40,000 bases of DNA from Vibrio cortegadensis (lineage in GTDB: Bacteria > Pseudomonadota > Gammaproteobacteria > Enterobacterales > Vibrionaceae), in assembly GCF_024347395.1 (NCBI RefSeq), contig NZ_AP025472.1, positions 1,564,465-1,604,464 of the forward strand, read 5' to 3'. This document shows positions 26,886 through 32,320 of the stretch, in pieces. The notes beneath the pieces are model-generated. The model did not search any database. It had not been told where the DNA came from and saw only the letters and a list, made by a program, of their open reading frames with translations. Each line of letters starts with the position of its first letter. Position 1 is the stretch's first letter. Made by a program: the position numbers and the translations under genes.

Positions 26886-27488
26886 TTAGTAATTTTGAGC
26901 TCTTAATTGTGCAATTTTTCTTGCATACTCAGCATCAATTCTGTGAATTTCACGATCCCTTTCACGCTGTAGTCTTTTTATCTCTCGATTAATGTTCACG
27001 TAATTATCAGCCTGGTACTGGATATCACACCTGCTACTTACATCATTAATCGCTTTGTTCGAACCTGACAAATTGAATGATGTATTCATCTCACGCCTTC
27101 CAAAGACATGCACTTGCACATAAGCAGTTGTACCTTGCTTTAATTCATAAAGGATCCGTTTATCTACATTTCTAATCGCTCCTCCTTTATAGGAGGATGT
27201 GAACATATTTCCTTTCAAGTTATACACTCGGCCATTATCAATCTTAATTCTAAAATCGACACTTTGATTTGGTGTCGCAATATTATCTTTACCTGAAAAA
27301 GTTAGAAACAAATCTTTATCATAACGCCCTGAATCACAACGAAAACCCAATGAATTACCATGTGCATAGGTTGTACGCTCATACACCTGCTTGTTATTCA
27401 TATTATCAAAACGCATAGTTTCATTAAACGATGCATTACATACACTTGAAAACATACAAATGGTGAACCCCAAACGAAACCATTTCAT
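26886..27488 (-). CDS. Exported protein with a C-terminal charged coiled coil, function unknown
   Basis: 200 aa with signal peptide MKWFRLGFTICMFSSVCNA/SF, a probable beta-rich body with two Cys, and the tail INREIKRLQRERDREIHRIDAEYARKIAQLRAQNY. It is divergent from the rexA-like gene and very AT-rich. Confidence 0.6.
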   Translation of the reverse strand: MKWFRLGFTICMFSSVCNASFNETMRFDNMNNKQVYERTTYAHGNSLGFRCDSGRYDKDLFLTFSGKDNIATPNQSVDFRIKIDNGRVYNLKGNMFTSSYKGGAIRNVDKRILYELKQGTTAYVQVHVFGRREMNTSFNLSGSNKAINDVSSRCDIQYQADNYVNINREIKRLQRERDREIHRIDAEYARKIAQLRAQNY

Positions 27489-27742
27489 TAATTAAACCTC
27501 CTTACAGTTAAATTTGAGCAACTGATTGCACTATAAGATTTTCTAGGTTGCTCTTATGAGATTTATCTCAAAAATATACAAATAGGCCCAATGTCAACCT
27601 TAGTAAAAGAACAGCACTATATTCACACTGATTTTGTTAACTTTTTTTGTACAGCTCTATTATTATTGAATGACATATCTAATGTTGAGGAGTACCATGC
27701 GAATAAATAAAATTAATAATTAATGACTTAAAGGTTGTATAC

Positions 27743-28687
27743 ATGCGAGTTAGTTACTTTGGCTACCATTTGAACAATATAGACAATCAACACAAAACAT
27801 TGTTTGATATTCGCCCTTTTTTGCATTCTTTTTGTGCTTTAGATGCTGTTCAGTATAAAAATAATTTCACACACTCAGGCGAGCATTTGTATCTTTTTCC
27901 CGTTCATGGTGATGTATTTATGTTCGTAATGACACGTAGCAGTGACATTATCCGAAAAGTAAACACTAGAGAAATTACGGTAGAACAAATTCGTGATCTT
28001 TTAGGCGAAGATAACCAACTGGGGTTTGCTTCATATGTCCTTATCACTGAAAATTGCTTTGGATTCGGTTCAACTTTACTTGCACCTAAATCTGATGTTT
28101 TTATAGAATTTATTAACACAATCTTCATATCTCTTGGTATTGTTAATTGGAAATTAATTCCTTTTGCTTTAACTCATCAAGCTACACGTGCAGAAGCCAT
28201 GGAAATGTCGATTATAGGAACCACTGTGATCGAAATTTCGAAGGAAAATACTTTTGCAGAAGATTTCTTGAGACAATTAGGGATGACTACTGAGGAAACT
28301 CATAATTTAGAAGGCTTTGAATTGACATTTAAGCCTCGGTCAAGACAAAACATTAAGCCCGTTATTACAAACGTATTACAGCAGGTACCCGATGATGGCA
28401 TTACTAAACTGATTATCAAAGCTAAAAATGAAGTATCAGGGCACATGACCGATTTGTACCTAGTTAACTCTGGAATCTTACAAGATGATGTTAATAACTC
28501 TAGTGATCTGGCCATTGCCAGAAACATGGTAACTAAAAAAACCAACAACACCCTATTAACTGAAAAACTTGAGGAGTTTACACAAAATGAAGACCTCTCG
28601 GAAAGCACTATTGACGCTATTTCTCGTTATAATCACATCACTGCCTGGACCGATTTTGTATCTACTGTACAAACTGTTAGTGAATAA
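27743..28687 (+). CDS. rexA: RexA-like abortive-infection sensor protein
   Basis: 314 aa. Several blocks resemble lambda RexA as I remember it: HLYLFPVHGDVFMFVMT versus YLYIHKIDGKTFLFTKT, LGFASYVLITENCFGFG versus LGFPSFLFVEGDTIGFA, FELTFKPRSRQNIKPV versus LDIVIKPKFKRDIKKV, and IIKAKNEVSGHMTDLYL versus SLRAKDEAGDILTEHYL. Confidence 0.7.
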   Translation: MRVSYFGYHLNNIDNQHKTLFDIRPFLHSFCALDAVQYKNNFTHSGEHLYLFPVHGDVFMFVMTRSSDIIRKVNTREITVEQIRDLLGEDNQLGFASYVLITENCFGFGSTLLAPKSDVFIEFINTIFISLGIVNWKLIPFALTHQATRAEAMEMSIIGTTVIEISKENTFAEDFLRQLGMTTEETHNLEGFELTFKPRSRQNIKPVITNVLQQVPDDGITKLIIKAKNEVSGHMTDLYLVNSGILQDDVNNSSDLAIARNMVTKKTNNTLLTEKLEEFTQNEDLSESTIDAISRYNHITAWTDFVSTVQTVSE

Positions 28688-29051
28688 GGTATTAATTGAA
28701 CCTATTGTTTTAGTCGAACAGAAAACAAATATTGCCATTATATTAGCGACATTTGCGTTTACGATGATGGGTTTTTTAGCGGCTGTTATTACTATTTTCT
28801 TTTCGTTCGCTAAATCGAGAACGTTCAAGAAATTCAGCCGTGAAGGTCGTTTTGGCGTATTTTTTACTACTTATTATTACTGTATTATTTCACTCGCTCT
28901 AACCATGTGCTTTGCTTTGGTTACTTTAGGTAAAGGCACCTCTATATGGGCTATGCAAACAGCACTGATTACGACAGTAAATAGCTTATTTCAAATCTGC
29001 TTGATTACTTTTACTATCATTAATTTGAGTAAAAGGGCGATGAAGGAATAG
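28587..29051 (+). CDS. rexB: RexB-like four-TM membrane protein
   Basis: 154 aa from the ATG at 28587 (GAGGAG at 28571-28576). It has four hydrophobic helices, and the loop and tail resemble lambda RexB from memory (FAKSRTFKKFSREGRF versus IGSRTRRLAKIREYGY; FQICLITFTIINLSKR versus IHICILVFQLYNLTRE). It overlaps the rexA-like 3' end by 101 nt in another frame. Confidence 0.65.
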   Translation: MKTSRKALLTLFLVIITSLPGPILYLLYKLLVNKVLIEPIVLVEQKTNIAIILATFAFTMMGFLAAVITIFFSFAKSRTFKKFSREGRFGVFFTTYYYCIISLALTMCFALVTLGKGTSIWAMQTALITTVNSLFQICLITFTIINLSKRAMKE

Positions 29052-29055
29052 ATCT

Positions 29056-29074
29056 AGGCTCCTTTCTGGAGCCT
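29056..29074. terminator. Hairpin between convergent rexB-like and xafT-like genes
   Basis: AGGCTCC-TTTCT-GGAGCCT has a 7-bp stem. There is no strong T-run, so confidence is moderate to low. Confidence 0.4.
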
Positions 29075-29079
29075 TCGTA

Positions 29080-29451
29080 CTAACTGTTCATTATTAACGC
29101 AATACTACGAGCATATTTAAGCAACTTTGACATTGTTTTTACATCTAATTCTGCTTGAATTTCTAACAAAGCAATTCCAGTTAAAATCTCTTGTGGGGTC
29201 ACTAATTGGCCTGTCGGTAGTTCCAGTTTATCATTGCGCATGATGAATAGATTCCAATTATCTGATGGGGCAAGCTCTTTACCTTTATACATTTTCATTA
29301 ATCGCCGACACTCTGGCGGAATAGCTTTTCCTGCGTCCCAAAGCTTGACCGTCCTCACACTTTTAAAACATAGTTCAGCCGTCTTTTCTATACTAATTCC
29401 ACAAACTAATTCACGAAAAATATAATTTTTAGTCATTTCGTGGTACTTCAT
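29080..29451 (-). CDS. HTH + DUF3653-like protein (XafT-like candidate Xer activation factor), copy 1
   Basis: Likely ATG at 29451 (MKYHEMTKNY). It has an HTH-like segment TAELCFKSVRTVKLWDAGKAIPPECRRLM, then W..F......L.LPTGQLVTPQEI. It is a paralogue of the gene at 29779 and starts ~50 bp from dif-like site B. Confidence 0.6.
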   Translation of the reverse strand: MKYHEMTKNYIFRELVCGISIEKTAELCFKSVRTVKLWDAGKAIPPECRRLMKMYKGKELAPSDNWNLFIMRNDKLELPTGQLVTPQEILTGIALLEIQAELDVKTMSKLLKYARSIALIMNS

Positions 29452-29503
29452 TGATAACTCTCTCAAATGAGAAAGATATTATAAAAAGTGCGTATGCAAC
29501 TTG

Positions 29504-29532
29504 ATTTACCATAAGGGCGCATAATACGCACC
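29504..29532 (-). other. dif-like site B with a 7-nt spacer (attP/dif hybrid junction)
   Basis: The plus strand reads ATTTACCATAA-GGGCGCA-TAATACGCACC. The XerC arm is identical to site A. The XerD-type arm has one mismatch (C for A). The orientation matches site A. Confidence 0.7.
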
Positions 29533-29778
29533 GAGGGATTGTTTATTAACATTTGGTAAAACATTGATTAACGCATACATAAGTAATTGATACTTATGCC
29601 GAATTTATATTTAAACCCTATTTAATAACGTTTTGAAATACTTATGATTACTGGCGCTTGCTTTACGTAATCACAGCAAAAAGTCTCTTTTTCCACTGAG
29701 CGACATTTTGTCACGTGAATTGTTAAAAAATCATAAGAAAAAAATATTTCGTCAGTTATTTTATTTGTGAGGCAAATC

Positions 29779-30201
29779 ATGTTTTATGAGTCATTTAAAG
29801 TTCTGTTTTGGCGTGAGTTTACCTCTCACCGCCAAGGTGCTGAGTTTTTCCATGTGAAGATTGTCACAGTTCGACGTTGGCTAGACGGCAAAATCCCTGT
29901 CAATCCGATGGCTGAAAAACTCTTAATCATCAAATCACTTGGTTACTTGCCTAATGATATGCGTTGGCGTGGCTTTCGTATCTGTGAAAAACGTGCGGTG
30001 CTTCTTACCCCAACTGGACGCGAGTTCAGCCCTAAAGAATTAGAAAGCTTTGTGTTTTGGCGTGATGAACATCGACAATTGGTTGAGCAACATGGTCATG
30101 TGGATTACCCAAAGGTTTACCCTGCAAAAGAAAATGTGTTGCCGTTTCGTGGCGGTCGCCGAATGCAAGCCGCCCCGTGGATACCGACTAAATTTAAATA
30201 G
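29779..30201 (+). CDS. HTH + DUF3653-like protein (XafT-like), copy 2
   Basis: ATG at 29779 (MFYESFKVLFW, GAGG 6 nt upstream). It has AEFFHVKIVTVRRWLDGKIPVNPMAEKLLI, then MRWRGFRICEKRAVLLTPTGREFSPKELE. It is divergent from copy 1 across site B. Confidence 0.6.
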   Translation: MFYESFKVLFWREFTSHRQGAEFFHVKIVTVRRWLDGKIPVNPMAEKLLIIKSLGYLPNDMRWRGFRICEKRAVLLTPTGREFSPKELESFVFWRDEHRQLVEQHGHVDYPKVYPAKENVLPFRGGRRMQAAPWIPTKFK

Positions 30202-30204
30202 ACG

Positions 30205-30232
30205 TAAAAAAGCCCGCATTAGCGGGCTTTTT
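30205..30232. terminator. Bidirectional intrinsic terminator
   Basis: AAAAAA-AGCCCGC-ATTA-GCGGGCT-TTTT between convergent genes. Confidence 0.85.
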
Positions 30233-30238
30233 CTTTCC

Positions 30239-31216
30239 TCAGAAAGGAATATCATCATCAAAATCCGAAGAAGGTGGCGGTGGCGGCACTTGTACTGTTC
30301 GCTTTTCAATGGTAATAAACGCAGAATTCCAATTTTCAGGCGTGTAAACTTTAAGCGATTTATTCTCGTCAAAAATCTCTTCTGATATGGTTAACTCAAA
30401 TGAGTTATTGTACCAAGACAAATCGCTTCCAAAAGGAAATTCATACTCTTTATAGCCATATGTTTTCAAAATTTCACCAAGTTCTTGAATATTTTGAAAA
30501 TAAACCCGATGACCTATTCCTAGCTTAGTTCTCAACTCACTAAATGCTGGGTGGCTGTTCATCAGGATATTTTGAATTGCGTCACTTCCTCTATTTTTCT
30601 CTTCGCTTAAAAAAGTAACCAACGTTTTTAAAGTAGCTGAGGTTCTATTTATCTCATCAATTAAATTAACTTCTTTTCGTCGAGAGCTCTCACTCAAAAG
30701 GCTCTGAAAAAGTCCTGCCCACTGCTCTTTCAAATGATTAGTGATATCAACTACAGATTCAAATGCTTGTATTTGATTATTGTTAGGAAGTGAATGTATC
30801 TCATCGAGGAATTGAAAAATTCTATTATCATCTACTGATGCATACTTGATGCTGTCATTATCTTTATTTACTTTATATGTTTGATATTCAGCGTATACCG
30901 TTTTTTCAATAAAAATATAAAGCTGCTTTCCTTTTTTAACAGCCGTAGTTAACTCCACATTTGATACGGAGTGACTGCTATTCCCATGTTGAGATTGGGA
31001 GCCAAATCGACCGCCAATGACACCAACGACAATATCGCAAATTTCAATTTCTTTATAGCAATACTCTTCTAAACGTTTTTCTGAACCATAAGGAATATTG
31101 CCTTTTTCATTCAAAACCGGGTCATACCCTTGCTCTTTAATGAATCGCTCTAAATCATTTCTTATATATTTCAAGTCATAATAAGTCGAGCTTACAAAAA
31201 CACGGGGCTTTGCCAT
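30239..31216 (-). CDS. DUF4062 (TIR/deoxyribosyltransferase-like) N-terminal domain protein with an SSB-type C-terminal tail
   Basis: Likely start MAKPRVFVSSTYYDLKYIRNDLERFI (ATG at 31216; the ORF is open to 31252). The pattern VFVSST..DL...R..L......GY.PV..E.......E.C..EI..CD..VGVIG.R.G...S....E...A...GK matches DUF4062 as I remember it. The C-terminus verified from DNA is TVQVPPPPPSSDFDDDIPF*. Confidence 0.7.
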   Translation of the reverse strand: MAKPRVFVSSTYYDLKYIRNDLERFIKEQGYDPVLNEKGNIPYGSEKRLEEYCYKEIEICDIVVGVIGGRFGSQSQHGNSSHSVSNVELTTAVKKGKQLYIFIEKTVYAEYQTYKVNKDNDSIKYASVDDNRIFQFLDEIHSLPNNNQIQAFESVVDITNHLKEQWAGLFQSLLSESSRRKEVNLIDEINRTSATLKTLVTFLSEEKNRGSDAIQNILMNSHPAFSELRTKLGIGHRVYFQNIQELGEILKTYGYKEYEFPFGSDLSWYNNSFELTISEEIFDENKSLKVYTPENWNSAFITIEKRTVQVPPPPPSSDFDDDIPF

Positions 31217-31296
31217 GTTAAACCTATAATGTAAAAATTGATAATTAATCATATCACTTTAATCTCATACATAAGAATGATGACTCATACAAATAA

Positions 31297-31332
31297 TAAA
31301 AAAGCCGAACCCCATCACGGAGTTCGGCTTTT
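31297..31332. terminator. Bidirectional intrinsic terminator separating the DUF4062 cassette from the corticovirus-like late genes
   Basis: An A-run, then AGCCGAAC (31303-31310) pairing with GTTCGGCT (31322-31329), then TTTT. Confidence 0.8.
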
Positions 31333-31462
31333 GGTTTCCAGTGCAGCAAGCAAAAGCGCACTAAGGTGTTTAATGATTTATAAAACAACCACTTGAACGT
31401 TAACAATGTGTGCGTTAGATGTAAACCATATGGCACGTATGTTTTGAAATGACTCGCACGCC

Positions 31463-31648
31463 CTAGCCCTTTTCTAATGTTTCTAGTACCAACACACGGT
31501 CAGAAACGGCGCGCAATCCCTTTGATAACTCTTGAATGATGTGGTTTTGGTTTCGGATGTTTATGATCATCAAAATACCCAACACCAAAAACTGAGGTGA
31601 AATGCCCCATTCCACCAAGGCGTTAAACAGCGTGCTTTCCATCATCAC
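31463..31648 (-). CDS. Small membrane protein, lysis-cassette accessory candidate
   Basis: 61 aa with one TM (ISPQFLVLGILMIINI). It overlaps the upstream holin-like gene and is the last gene of the operon. Confidence 0.4.
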   Translation of the reverse strand: MMMESTLFNALVEWGISPQFLVLGILMIINIRNQNHIIQELSKGLRAVSDRVLVLETLEKG

Positions 31649-31850
31649 CGCCCTTGCCTTTCAATTCATCCCGGAATGCTTCCCACAACCCAACCACCGC
31701 AGGAATGGCAAGACCAACCGCACCGCCAAGATTTACGCCCGTTTGGGTAATTTCAGCACTGAATAAATGACCGTAGCCCGAAGATGCCGCAATCACTGAA
31801 CCAAGCAGCACAAGACCGCGCCACGTTGATGTTTGTTTAAGTTTTAGCAT
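31623..31850 (-). CDS. Holin-like two-TM protein
   Basis: 75 aa with two hydrophobic helices and a charged C-terminus (DELKGKGGDDGKHAV), downstream of the putative muralytic gene. Confidence 0.45.
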   Translation of the reverse strand: MLKLKQTSTWRGLVLLGSVIAASSGYGHLFSAEITQTGVNLGGAVGLAIPAVVGLWEAFRDELKGKGGDDGKHAV

Positions 31851-31862
31851 GTGTATTCCTTA

Positions 31863-32318
31863 CTATGCGAGTTTGACGCCTTGCATGGCATCGCTGAATG
31901 AGTAATGGCGACCCACTTCCATGATTGACATAGAGTGCAGCACTTTAGCCAATAGTTGGTCATCGTTTAGGTTGATGGATTCATTGACGCCAACACCGAC
32001 CTGTTTTGCTACGAACTGTGCGTAATTCTTCGTATCATTTTCTACTGGCGGTGCGAATCGGTTAATGATTTCGTTTAGATTGTCGAGTCCATGCGCCCGT
32101 TGATAGGTTCGCAAGGTTTTAGCGCCCGCCCGAAAGCCATATTTATGATGGGTATAGCTTTCAAATTCAGCATCACGGGAAAAGCTTGTTTCCCCTTGCC
32201 AATCGTTGCCTTTTCGAATGTTCAGCGGGTTATTGTTGCGAATTCCGCGGATGGTTTTTTTTGTCATATAGAGTGCAAAGCCCCCAAAGAAAATGAAGAT
32301 AATCAGATATAAACGCAT
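31863..32318 (-). CDS. Membrane-anchored phage protein with an RNNNPLNIR motif (putative muralytic/structural)
   Basis: 151 aa with an N-terminal TM and the motif GIRNNNPLNIRKGNDWQGE, which recurs in phage virion-associated or cell-wall-active proteins as I recall. Function not certain. Confidence 0.45.
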   Translation of the reverse strand: MRLYLIIFIFFGGFALYMTKKTIRGIRNNNPLNIRKGNDWQGETSFSRDAEFESYTHHKYGFRAGAKTLRTYQRAHGLDNLNEIINRFAPPVENDTKNYAQFVAKQVGVGVNESINLNDDQLLAKVLHSMSIMEVGRHYSFSDAMQGVKLA

Positions 32319-32320
32319 GG

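Larger units (their letters stand above)
19512..29532. mobile_element. Xer-dependent integrated element(s) (IMEX): filamentous prophage plus AT-rich cargo, bounded by dif-like sites A and B
   Basis: Two same-orientation dif-like sites share CATAATACGCACCGAG. The content is a full inovirus gene set plus cargo, with no integrase. Whether this is one ~10-kb element or two tandem elements is unresolved. Confidence 0.7.

Noticed and set aside
28556-28828. 90-aa minus-strand ORF across the rexA/rexB overlap (similar ORFs lie at 27904-28128 and 28300-28608)
   Set aside because: It is antisense to two genes with family-level similarity, in AT-rich DNA that gives long accidental ORFs.
30040-30385. 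110-aa and 111-aa ORFs on both strands crossing 30205-30232
   Set aside because: Both read straight through a strong bidirectional terminator and through the 3' ends of two convergent, better-supported genes.
31254-31436. 60-aa minus-strand ORF
   Set aside because: It spans the bidirectional terminator at 31297-31332 and has no RBS. The region is better interpreted as a non-coding boundary.
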